A DNA stretch of 64,000 nucleotides from Scyliorhinus canicula (Eukaryota): positions 23,550,234 to 23,614,233 of the forward strand of contig NC_052146.1 in the NCBI RefSeq assembly GCF_902713615.1, in the 5' to 3' direction. Both the position numbers and the translations under genes were made by a program. Positions 52,526 to 62,799 of this stretch are shown here, piece after piece. The notes below the pieces were generated by a model. It was not told the DNA's origin, searched no databases, and worked only from the letters and a program-made list of their open reading frames with translations. Within the stretch, counting starts at the first letter, position 1. The number at the start of each line of letters is the position of its first letter.

Positions 52526-54261
52526 GTGTTTGTAGTGCGCCCGGGTGATCAGGAGGAGGGAATTGGTAGGCTCCCGTTTAAGAGGGCAGTGAAGAGTTTT
52601 AGGTACCTGGGGGTGCAGGTGGCCAGGAGTTGGGGGACTCTCCACAAGATTAATTTTACCAGGCTTGTGGAGCAGATGGAGGAGGAATTTACAAGGTGGG
52701 ACATGGTGCCGGTATCGCTGGCGGGTAGAGTGCCGTCTGTCAAAATGACGGTGCTCCCGAGGTTCTTGTTCCTTTTTCAGTGTATGCCCATCCTTATCCC
52801 TAGGGCCTTTTTTGGAGGGTGACTAGCAGCATCATGAGCTTTCTTTGGGCGAGGGTGAAGAGGGTCTTCTTGGAGCGGGGCAGAGATGGTGGGGGGCTGG
52901 CGTTACCCAATCTCTCGGGGTATTATTGGGCAGCCAATGTGTCGATGGTGCGCAAGTGGGTGATGGCGGGGGAGGGTGCAGCATGGAAAAGGTTGGAGAT
53001 GGCGTCCTGTGGAGGCACAAGCCTGGGGGCCCTGGTAATGGCGCCATTGCCGCTTCCTCCTACGAGGTATACCACGAGTCCGGTGGTGGCGGCTACCCTC
53101 AAGATTTGGGGGCAGTGGAGGCGACATGGGGGGGAAGTGGGGGGCTCGATGGAGGCTCTGCTAAGGGGGAACCATCGGTTCGTCCCGGAGAACATTGATG
53201 GGGGGTTCCTGGGGTGGCACAGAGCGGGCACCAGAAAGCTGAGGGACCTGTTCATTGACGGGAGGTTTGCGAGCCTGGGAGAGTTGGAGGAGAAATTTGA
53301 GCTCCCCTCGGGGAACACATGTTCAGGTACCTGCAGGTAAAGGCGTTTGCTAGGCGGCAGGTGGAGGGATTCCCTTTGCTGCCCGCGAGAAGGGTGAGGG
53401 ACAGGGTGCTTTCGGGTGTCTGCATCGGGGTTGGGAAGGTATCTGATATCTACAAGGTAATGCAGGAGGTGGAGGAGGCTTCAGTAGAGGAGCTAACGGC
53501 TAAGTGGGAGGGGGAGCTGGGGGAGCAGATCGAGGATGGGACATGGGCGGATGCCCTGGAAAGGGTTAACTCTTCCTCCTCATGTGCGCGGCTTAGCCTC
53601 ATCCAATTCAAGGTGCTGCACCAGGCCCATATGTCCGGGTCTAGGATGAGTAGGTTCTTTGGGGGCGAAGACAGGTGTGTCAGGTGTTCGGGGAGTCCAG
53701 CGAACCATGCCCATATGTTCTGGCCATGCCCGGCACTGGAGGAGTTCTGGAAGGGGGTGGCGAGGACGGTGTCGAGGGTGGTAGGATCCAGGGTCAAGCC
53801 AGGCTGGGGACTCGCGATTTTTGGGGTTGCGGTGGAGTCGCGAGTGCAGGAGGCGAGAGAGGCCGGTGTTTTGGCCTTTGCGTCTCTAGTAGCCCGGCGG
53901 AGGATCTTGCTACAGTGGAAGGATGCAAGACCTGGATCAATGACATGGCGGGTTTTATTAAGCTGAAGAAGGTCGAATTCGCCCTGAGAGGATCGGTACA
54001 AGGGTTCGTTAGGCGGTGGCAGCCTTTCCTCGATTTTCTGGCTCGACGATAGGGAGCTAGGTCAGCAGCAGCAGACTATGTTTATTTTATTTTATTTATT
54101 TTCAAGTTCTCTTGTTGTTTACCGGGGGTGGGGGGGCTGTTATATATGTGCTGTTACGGTATTGGGGGTGTTATGGTTTTATGTTGTTTTATTGTACTTT
54201 GTTACTGTTTGTTGTTACATATTTTGTAAAAAATTTTTAATAAAAATTATTTAAAAAAAAA
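52526..54261 (+). mobile_element. 5'-truncated L1/Tx1-like LINE inserted in the Gypsy-2 3' LTR
   Basis: FRYLGV, CVRC..NHAHMFWPC motifs; ORF2 end at 54052; AATAAA and poly(A); 17-bp TSD AGTAAAGTGCGAACCTA at 51780-51796 and 54262-54278. Confidence 0.93.
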
Positions 54262-55539
54262 AGTAAAGTGCGAACCTAATCAAAGTTAATAGTGTAAAAT
54301 AAATTAGTTTTGATTCAAACTTCTTATTTTTATATTCTTTGTCAACACTAGATATCTGACTATCTTGGAGGAAAAGGCAAGGAATATAACACCTGCATCT
54401 ACTACTGCTTCTGGCATCTCATTCCAGACACTCAACACCCTCTGTGTGGACAAAATTGGCCCTCTGGACCCTTTTGTATCTCTCCACTCTCACCTTAAAC
54501 CTATGCCCTTTAGTTTTAGACTCCCTTCCTTTGGGAAAAGATGTTGACCTTATCTATGTCCCTTATTATTTTATAGACCTCTATCAGATCACCCCTAAGC
54601 CTCCTACGCTCCAGGGAAAAAAGTCTCAGTCTCTCCAGCCTCTCCTTATGACTCAAACCATTAAGACCCGGTAGCATCCGAATAAATCTTTAGTGCACTC
54701 TTTCTAGTTTAATAATATCCTTTCTATAATAGGGTGACTAGAACTGTACACAGTATTCCAAGTGCAGCCTTGCTAATGTCTAGTACAACTTCAGCAAGAC
54801 GTTCCAACTCCTGTATTCAATGTTCTGACGAATGAAACCAAGCATGCTGAATGCCTTCTTCACCACCCTGTCCACTTGTGACTCCACTTTCAAGGACCTA
54901 TGAACCTGTACTCCTAGATCTCTTTGTTCTATAACTCTCCCCAACATCCTACCATTAACTGAGTAGATCCTGCCCCGATTCAATCTACCAAAATGCATCA
55001 CCTCACATTTATGTAGCTTAAACTCCATCTGCCCACTGGCCCAATTGATCACAATCCGAGGTAACAGCCTTCACTGTCCACTATGCCGCCAATCATGGTG
55101 TCATCTGCAAACTTACGAACCATGCCTCCTAAATTCTCATTCAAATCGTTAATATGAAAAACAAACAACAGTGGACCCAGCACTAATCCCTGAGGCACAC
55201 TGCTGGTCACAGGCCTCAAGTTTGAGAAACAACCCTCTACAACCACCCTTTGTCTTCTGTCGTCAAGCCAATTTTGTATCCAATTGGCTACCTCACCCTG
55301 GATCCCATCTGCTGGCTTCTTTTGTCTGTCCTTTGTCCTGCTGCAAAGTTGATCATCTGTGTCTGGAAATTCGTTACGTATTCATAGCATGGTCTTGTTC
55401 TTTTGTGCAAATGTGAGTGGGTAAATCACAAAGTCCATATAGCGATAACAAGTTTGTATTGACTTGCATGCTCTTGTAGATGACCAGTATCGATTCCAGC
55501 CAGGGCCTCATGTAGAAGTTTATGTTCCTAGCCTATGTG

Positions 55540-56560
55540 TATCTTCTCCACCTGTCTTAGGCCCAACCATCTTCAGCTGCTTCATCAATTACCTTTTTGT
55601 CATCATAAAATCAGAAGTGGGGAGGTTTGAACCATTCACTACTCCTCGAACACTGAAGCAGTCTATGTCTAAATGTAGCAAGACCTGGACAATACCTCGA
55701 CTTGAACTGAGAAGTGGCAAGTAACTTTCACGCTAGGTGACAGGCAATGACCATCATCTTACAAGAGAGCATTTAACCATCGCCCCTTGACACTCCTTGG
55801 CAATGCCATCGCTGAATCCCCCACGATCAACATCCTGGGGGTTACCATTGACCAGAAACTGAACTGGACTAGCCATATTGGCTATAAAAGCAGTTCGGAG
55901 GCCAGGAATCCTATGACGAGTAACTGACCTCCCTACTCCCCGAAGCTTATGCACCATCTACAAGGCACAAGTCCAGGGTTTGATGGAATACTCTGCACTT
56001 GCCTGGATGAGTGAAGCTCCAACAACACTCCAGAAGCTCAACATCATCCAGGACAAAGCAGCCTGTTTGCTTCGTACCCAGAAACATTCAATCCCTCCAC
56101 CACCATTGAACAGTGGCAGCAGTATTATAATAATAATCGCTTATTGTCACAAGTAGGCTTCAATGAAGTTACTGTGCAAAGCCCCTAGTCGCCACATTCC
56201 GGTGCCTGTTCGGGGAATGTACCATCTACAAGGTGAACCACAAGAACTCAACAAGGCTCCTTAGGCAACACCTTCCAAACCTATGACCACTACCATCTAG
56301 AAGGGCAAAGGCAGCAGATACCTGGGAATATAATCACCTGGAGGTTCCCCTCCAAGACACTAACCAACCCGACTTGGAAATACATCGCCGTTCTTTCACT
56401 GTCGCTGGGTCAGAATCCTGGAATTCTTTCCCTAACAGCATTGTACATGTACCTATACCTTAAGAGGTCGGCTGCACACTATCACACCAGCTTCTGGAGG
56501 ACAACTAGGGGTGAGCAATAAATGCTGACAGAACCAGCGACATCCACATCCTGTAACCTT
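55540..56560 (+). mobile_element. Old CR1/L2-superclade LINE 3' part, with a second-family SINE fragment at ~56120-56215
   Basis: IYKAQV..MEYSALAWMS..PTTLQKLNIIQDKAA-type RT C-terminus; tail GAGCAATAAATGCTG. Confidence 0.65.
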
Positions 56561-56779
56561 TTTTTAAATGGCAGGCATTTACTGTTCTCAAGTATATAAC
56601 CTTTTCTCAGTAATCTGGATTCAGCTTATCGATTTTCGATGGAATTCTTCTCTGCTCTTCCAACTTTATTGCTTTGTCAGTGATTTGGATCCTGGGAAGG
56701 ACTGATCTGATGGAGGGGGGGTGTTCAAGGTGTAATCTACCAGCAACGCTGTGCCTGATCAGCAGTGCGCCACTGCGCA

Positions 56780-57190
56780 ATGTGGCTGGTAAATGCCGGG
56801 AGACCTCGAGCCCACGATCTACCCAGCTCGTCACGAATCACGAGATCTAATGCTATGTCACTAGACGTCACAATGTGAAGCCCGCCCATTGTGGGCAGGG
56901 TCACATTTTAGCAAATCTGCATATTAGAACGGGCTAGCTAGTCTCACTCTAATATGCATTCCCGAGATCTAGCCAAGGCATGGGATCTATCCCCTTCGCC
57001 TCAGAGACCTCGTGTGAGCGCCGTTCGGTATTGGTCTCCCCAAACTGGGACCAGATGGATCGGCACTCGTGGGGTCTTCCATTGGATCAGAGGCCCCCAG
57101 GATGCCAGCCTGGCACTGCCAATGTGCCCAGGTGACACTGCCAGGGTGCTGGGCATGCACTGCCATGGTGCCAAGCTGGCATTGTTTGCT
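56780..57190. repeat. GC-rich interspersed repeat fragment, probably an older non-autonomous DNA transposon
   Basis: CpG-rich with GGCACTGCC/GTGCC reiterations resembling the MITE interior; no TIR pair found. Confidence 0.4.
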
Positions 57191-57463
57191 CGGTGAGTTG
57201 TTGTGTTTTGGTTCTTGTAGATTGGTATATAAGCAGAAAGAGGCTGTAAAGAGTTTGGGAATAGGCGCCGAAGCCAGGTCCGCTGGCACAACGTTCATGG
57301 TGCATAACCAGGGAGCAGACAGATAGTTCACACAGAACATTCTGGAAACGGACAAGACTATGAAAGAGAAAAGGCTGATTCATCTTTCGAGCAGGGTGTA
57401 TGGTGACTCTTGAGTCTGTGTATTTGGATTAATCAGCAATTGTGCCAATCTGCGAAGACACTA

Positions 57464-57832
57464 ATGGCTGCAAAAAGTATTATTCAGTCCAAGCAGGCTG
57501 CAGAAGCTTTTGATGGAACCCTGACTGAGGTTGTGTGCACAGTGTTCAATGATTACATCTTTGTGGTGGTCACACAGTATGGCAAAATGGGAACATTGAT
57601 CTCTGCAACACCCTACAGTGTGGGAAATGATATCAGCAAACCCACATTTAGCACAAAGAGTCTAATGGAAAAGGATGAGCCTCTCATCCATGTCTATGCA
57701 AAGCACCTTGTGACTTTTGTTTCTGAGGAATCTGGGAACAAATTGGTGCTACTGGCATTGGCCTTGAAAGACGCAAATGTGGACAGTATTAAATCTATCA
57801 AACAGCTGATTCAAAGCTGCCGACTCTGGTGA
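57464..57832 (+). CDS. PSMG3: Intronless proteasome assembly chaperone 3 (PAC3) copy, 122 aa, intact ORF; probable retrocopy nested in ALDH2 intron 4
   Basis: VVVTQYGKMGTL, DISKP, KDEPLIHV.AK.LV.FVS.ESGN..VLLA..LKD and terminal C..W align end to end with vertebrate PSMG3 (122 aa); no intron; AATAAA at 58267 followed by an A-rich tract. Confidence 0.88.
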   Translation: MAAKSIIQSKQAAEAFDGTLTEVVCTVFNDYIFVVVTQYGKMGTLISATPYSVGNDISKPTFSTKSLMEKDEPLIHVYAKHLVTFVSEESGNKLVLLALALKDANVDSIKSIKQLIQSCRLW

Positions 57833-58266
57833 GATTCATTGACCAGCTGAGTCTAGTGAATAATGTATAAAAGAGTAACATGACTTCTCTTCGTTCCACA
57901 AGGGCAAAAATATCACAATGAAAATCAAACTTCTTAACTCTGGCATGAATGTTGCTGAATGGAAATCGAGGAGCAACTTTACTTTGTCTTTTTGATGCAG
58001 GGGTCATTGAACTGGAAAGCTAGTGTTTGTACTCAGTTGAGAAACATAATTGCAGCATATTTTAGACTATGCATACTCCCAAGGCAATCGGCACCCTTGA
58101 TGTTAATTAAGGCTGAAGTTTGATTTTTAAGGTAAAGATGGAACATTAGTGAAGGGAACACTAACTAGATTTTACATTCCATTCTTGAGTGTTCAGGCTG
58201 AAGCGAGGCAAGTAGTTAATGCAAAGATAGTGATTGGAGAAATGTAAATTGTGAGAAATGCATTGC

Positions 58267-58302
58267 AATAAAGTATATGAAAATTTTTAAAAATGTAAAA
58301 AA
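58267..58302 (+). terminator. Poly(A) signal and decayed poly(A) tract ending the PSMG3 copy
   Basis: AATAAA at 58267-58272, then GTATATGAAAATTTTTAAAAATGTAAAAAA. Confidence 0.55.
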
Positions 58303-58339
58303 CTATGAACACAAAGCTTAAGTAAGACTGAAACTAGTA

Positions 58340-58660
58340 AGCACTCTCCAGAAACCATTAAAACTAGATGGAAATCGATGGTGGTACTGAACAATTCACT
58401 ATTACGATGTGAATTTGACCTAAAACGAAAGCCAACCTCATTAGTCTGTCTGCTTTTCAAAAACTGCACGTGTAGCAGAAATGCGCTGATCAGCCAAGGG
58501 TGCTGGTGTACTTCAGAACAAGAACAATGGAGACCTTCGGTGTATGCAAACCTGTGCTCTCCATAGCAGACATGAGGCACTATTTCATATTGTAGACATG
58601 GACCTTGACTCCATCCTTGGAGCAGATTCATGTTAGCTCCTGAATTTAATCGAACAATTA
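58340..58660 (+). mobile_element. Ty3/Gypsy aspartic protease remnant
   Basis: Across frames: WKSMVVLNNS.., KANLISLSAFQKL, VY..T.ETFGVC, LFHIVDMDLDSILGADSC*LLNLIEQL; parallels Gypsy-2 protease (WNTPLKVNG..ASANLI..FEIVDSNQSSLLGAQTCQDLHLVQRI). Catalytic DTG is decayed. Confidence 0.62.
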
Positions 58661-58782
58661 TGTGTCCCAGAAGATGGCTGCCCAGCTGAATACTTCACAT
58701 CCCTACAGGATATTAGAGTGTGCACGATTTATGATGATTCAGAAGAAATCCAGGTGGAGGACGACAAATCAGACAGAGACAG

Positions 58783-59160
58783 AAGAGCCAGCGAGCATTC
58801 TGCAATTCTGGTTAACAATCTTCAAGAATGTACATGTGCTCAGTGGCGTGATACAGAGGCATGACGAGCCCATTTAAAGCATCTGCAAGGTGTGAATGTT
58901 AAATGGACAGAGCATGAGAAGCCGTGGAGCTTCACTCTGGAGTTTAAGTTCGAGCCAAATGAGTATTTCACAAATGAGGTAATAGCGAAAGTATATCAGA
59001 TAGATTTGTAGCCTCTTGAATCTTTCTGTGGTGAAACAGAAATCCTGGAATGCACAGTCTGTAAGATCGACTGGAGGGAGGGCAAAAAATGTAATGGCGA
59101 AAACGATTCAAACAAAACCGAAGCACAAAGGTCGAAGCACTCGCAGAACAGTTACAAAAG
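58783..59160 (+). pseudogene. NAP1L1: Intronless, diverged nucleosome assembly protein 1-like fragment (NAP1L1/NAP1L4 family; paralog not resolvable); 2 frameshifts, 1 stop
   Basis: ILQFWLTIFKNV..LS..IQ.HDEPI/LKHL..V.VK...SFTLEF.FEPNEYFTNEV..K.Y..*..EILEC..CKIDW..GK/NV..KTI..K.KHKGR...RTVTK matches the NAP1L core. Confidence 0.85.
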
Positions 59161-59564
59161 CAAGAAACTACGGCATCGCCTTCACAAAATAAAGAGAGGA
59201 AAGAAGAAAAGACTTGGAGAGCTAGCTCATCCCACTAACAAAACCAGAATTGGGAACAACGGGAAGCAGCAAACAGCGTCAAGCCAGGAAGTGCAAAAGA
59301 AAGAGTCTAGTGACACGAGCATAGCAATCAGAGACACAAGCCTTCCAAAGGCACAGAGCAAAGTGGAAAATAAACAAGAGGTCGGCACATAAACCAGTCT
59401 TCGAAGAAGCTGGCAGCAGCTCGAATGATCACAGAGGTGATCCTGTGAGGGAGGCACAATGATTTATGCAAAACAGACGGACACTGGCCAGGCATTACAT
59501 GTTTATGGACACCCTAGTAAAGCTCATTCAGTTAAAAGATCAATGTTGGCTGTAACAAATCTTA

Positions 59565-59790
59565 ATGTTTTCTGAGGAAGGGGGATGTGGTGATATGCCT
59601 GTAAGAACTGTATAGGTGGATGGTGTGCGACCTCCAACCAGTAGGTGATGGTGCAGACACACCATGGAGTCTCAAGACTGTGGTCATGTGACCAAAAACT
59701 CCACTAGAAGTAGGGATACATTGGCCATCAGCTGATAGTTGTAGGAGATGGCAGTAAGACATACAAGTGAACCGTCGTGCTAGGTGTAGT
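59565..59790 (+). mobile_element. Probable Gypsy integrase C-terminal remnant
   Basis: LRKGDVVI ... W..KTVV ... LIVVGDGSKTYK.NRRA resembles the Gypsy PL..GD.VR / W..A.VV / SY.V...DG..YRRNRRHL pattern. Confidence 0.45.
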
Positions 59791-60359
59791 TCCAGAGAAG
59801 TACAAAGAAACTCCATGATAACTTGCTCAGTAACAGATCGCTATGTTACCATGTGTGATTCAGTAAAGATCTTGGTTTGGACAATTCCAGGTTTTTGGTG
59901 AATTCCTTTGCAAGACATCAAAAACCAAGCTGTGCAGTAATTGCAGAGCGTGTGCCAAGGTTTGTGATCCACTGTATCCTTGCCATCAGCTTCACACAGC
60001 ATTGGGGCAGGAGTCTGAGGGACTCCTTTTCTGCTCATACTGTCCATGAAGCATTTATCTGAGAGCAGTATCAACAGCCACAACCCAATTCTCCATTCAC
60101 CACACCTTACCTCACCTCTGTCGTTGACCAGTAAGATTCTGTGATGGTCACAATACAAAAATAAAAGCAATCACAAAATAAGCCAGCGTGGCATCATGGG
60201 ACCTTCACTTTTTTTTTGTCCATACTTACAAATATGGCAGGAAAAGCAAGCTGTGCAGCTGGTGGGCTGCACTCCACTTCTCCCACATGTGTTCACACTT
60301 GAAAAAAAGATGAGAAAATTCTGCTCCGTGTATTTGTGTTTCCAAAGGTGAAGATGCCA

Positions 60360-60560
60360 CATGAAATGAAATTAAATGCAAACTGCTTATTGTCACAAGT
60401 AGGCTTCAAATGAAGTTACTGCGAAAAGCCCCTAGTCACCACATTCCGGCGCCTGTTCGGGGAGGCTGGTACGGAAATTGAACCTGAATTGAATGCTGCT
60501 GGCCTGCCTTGGTCTGCTTTCAAAGCCAGCGATTTAGCCCAGTGCTCAACCAGCCCCATA
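60360..60560 (-). mobile_element. Second-family SINE, full length
   Basis: (CATTT)n tail through head GGGGCTGGTT.AGCAC.TGGGCTAAATCGCTGG. Confidence 0.8.
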
Positions 60561-61379
60561 AAAGGTAATTGCGAAAGAGAAGAGCTCATGGTTTTGTTGG
60601 TGATTATATTAGCATGGATAGAGGAGGAAGATTGGCTAACTAACAGGAATTAGTGAGTCATAATAACTGGGTCATTTTCATCTTGGCAAACCGTAACTTG
60701 TGGCATGGACAGGGATCACTCCTGGGCCTCAACTATAATGTCGGAACCCTTTTTTTGTTTGCTGTGAAATAGGTACGACCACAGAAATCAAATGTAAACT
60801 AGTCTTTTCTAGTTATATCTATGCATGTATTAGGAAGAGGCACACAGTCACACAGTACATTCACGAGATACATTGCCCCCTCACATTACTACCCCTGGCC
60901 AAGCCACCTTCCCATGGCCCCTCAACATTAACCCCTGAAAAGAATGCACAATCTTAAAAAGTTATCTTATTAAAAAAATATTTAAGTCATACTTTTGCCA
61001 TTTTTAACGGGAGAAGTGATGCTGGAAAACTAATACTCCTCTCAGGGACATGCAGCTCTCTCTCCCTCTCACACACTCGCTTCTCTCTCACACGCACATG
61101 TTTCCCTCTCTCATTCACTCACGCACACACACACATCTCCCTGCCTTTGGTATGAAAATGAAAATCGCCACATTCCGGCGCCTGTTCGGGGAGGCTGGTA
61201 CGGGAATGGTTATGGAGGCTGGTATGGAGGGCATTATCTATGAGGAGAGGTTGGAGAAACTTGGTTTGTTCTCACTGGAATGATGGAGGTGAGGGGTGAC
61301 CTGATAGCAGCCTACAAGATAATGGGGAGCCTGGACAGAGTGGATAATGAGAAGCTTTTCCCCCAGGTGGAAGAGTCAG

Positions 61380-61562
61380 AATGTGCAATTCACCTAACAA
61401 GTACGTCTTTCAGGACTTGAGAGGAAACTGGAGCATCCGGAGGAAACCCACGCAGACATGGGGAGAACGTGCAGACTCTGGACAGACAGTAACCCAAGCC
61501 AGAATCGAACCTGGGACCCTGGCACTGTGAAGCAACAGTGCTACCCACTGCTACCATACTGC
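61380..61562 (-). mobile_element. SINE 5' half
   Basis: GGAAACTGGAGCATCCGGAGGAAACCC...GAATCGAACCTGGGACC. Confidence 0.8.
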
Positions 61563-62136
61563 CACAAATCAAATCCGCCTTCATGGAATTGGGACTTCTG
61601 AAATATTCTCCAAGATGGATGCATCCTATTTGCGTGAACTGCTCCAGTGTCGTGCTGACCCCCTGTAAGGGCCCGAATTGCTGATCCTGAGGCCGTGTTG
61701 ATGCCGTCGAGAAACGCGACAGTGTTTCCGACGGCGTCAGCACTTAGCCTCAGGATCACCGAATCCTGCCCACCATAACTCTACAGACACTGCTAGCTTG
61801 CCCGTCTTGTTTACCACCCACCCCACCAACTCCCTTTCATAGCAAAGCATTCCGCTGTCTTGGCCCTGAGATCTGGCATCCGCTGCTTACACCTCTCCTC
61901 CTATTTAAAAATCTTCCTTAAAATCTACATCTTTGATAATGAATTTGATCTCTGCCTTAATCTGTGCAAGTTGGCGCAATGTCCAGTTTTGTCTGATTAT
62001 GTTTCTCTGAGGCAGCTTGGGACATGAGGCACTGTACAAATGTGTTATATTGTGAAATGTAGACCAGCTTTTCTCATGACTTGTTTTATGACATTACTTG
62101 AAAAAATATCTCAACCCTTTTCTGAATTTTTCATAG

Positions 62137-62248
62137 GTACTATGCCGGCTGGGCTGATAAATATCATGGTAAGACCATTCCCATGGATGGAAACTACTTC
62201 TGCTACACACGTCATGAGCCAGTTGGTGTGTGTGGGCAAATCATCCCG
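62137..62248 (+). CDS. ALDH2: ALDH2-like exon equivalent to human exon 5 (112 bp): (R)[37 protein letters not shown]
   Basis: TTTTTCATAG acceptor, GTGAGT donor, phase 2/0, compatible with the 30241-30320 exon; KYHGKTIP matches ALDH2. Confidence 0.94.
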
Positions 62249-62799
62249 GTGAGTGAACAGTAAAAAAAATCAACTGAGGAAGTTGAGGGACAAATGAAAA
62301 GGAAAGACTGCTTTCCATTTTGACTTAACTTATTAGGTTCTCAAAATGATTTGGTTGAAGCATACCCTTTCAAATGGATTATGTAAACTTAATTAAGTGA
62401 CATGCTAGAAATGTTTATGGGGTTGTCCAATGTAGTGAACCTTAATGTGATTGGTGATGTGAAAACTTGTATCTTCACTGGTTTGGCTGCATGTCTGTTG
62501 AATCGTCACTGCATCCTGCACCACCTGGCTGGCACTGCCAAGGGTCAGGGCCTGGGGAAGCCATGCCCTGAAAGGAGGGTGGGAGTGCAGGGTAGGTATG
62601 AATCAGTCTCCGGAAGGTTGGGAGGGGTGAGGGGCAGGGGTCCTGGAGGGGAGGCTATGAAGGGTGGAGGATCGATATGAAGCGGCCTTAGGAAGGGTGG
62701 GGGTCCGGGGTGGGTGGTGCGGGGTAGATATGAAGGGGCCTCTGGAAGGTTGGGAGGGGTGAAAGGTGGGTGTCCTGGGGAGGAAAACCTGGAAGAGGG

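Larger units (their letters stand above)
46162..54391 (+). mobile_element. Ty3/Gypsy LTR retrotransposon 2, older and heavily degenerate, with five nested insertions
   Basis: 5' LTR 46162-46484; PBS TGGTACCAGGA (tRNA-Leu-like); PPT AAAAAAGGGGGGGAA at 51492-51506; split 3' LTR 51507-51796 + 54279-54391; TSD CCCGC/CCTGC; gag IRDQIVFGI, CX2CX4HX4C knuckle ~47615-47670, RT YVDD, RNase H YAQIEKE, integrase TDNG and PQSNG. Confidence 0.93.
45925..55320 (-). mobile_element. Older CR1 fragment (45925-46161 and 54392-55320) hosting Gypsy element 2
   Basis: The sequences flanking the Gypsy join into a continuous CR1 3' region; VPQGLVLGPLLF..FADDT at ~55050-55200. Confidence 0.8.

Noticed and set aside
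57200-57280. TATATAAG plus AGGCGCCGAAGCCAGG as LTR end and tRNA-Phe-like PBS of the third Gypsy
   Set aside because: Only about 12/16 match, no preceding CA, and no matching LTR found downstream of 59790.
57410-57463. 18-aa N-terminal extension of PSMG3 in the ORF track
   Set aside because: Starts at TTG; the ATG at 57464 gives the canonical 122-aa length.
59012-59392. ~126-codon stop-free K/S/Q-rich frame continuing from the NAP1L fragment
   Set aside because: No ATG, and purine-rich sequence is poor in stop codons; it leaves NAP1L homology after the frameshift.
62590-62790. Imperfect repeat GGAAGGTTGGGAGGGGTGA (two copies)
   Set aside because: Low-complexity G-rich repeat interior; no regular spacer structure and not CRISPR-like.
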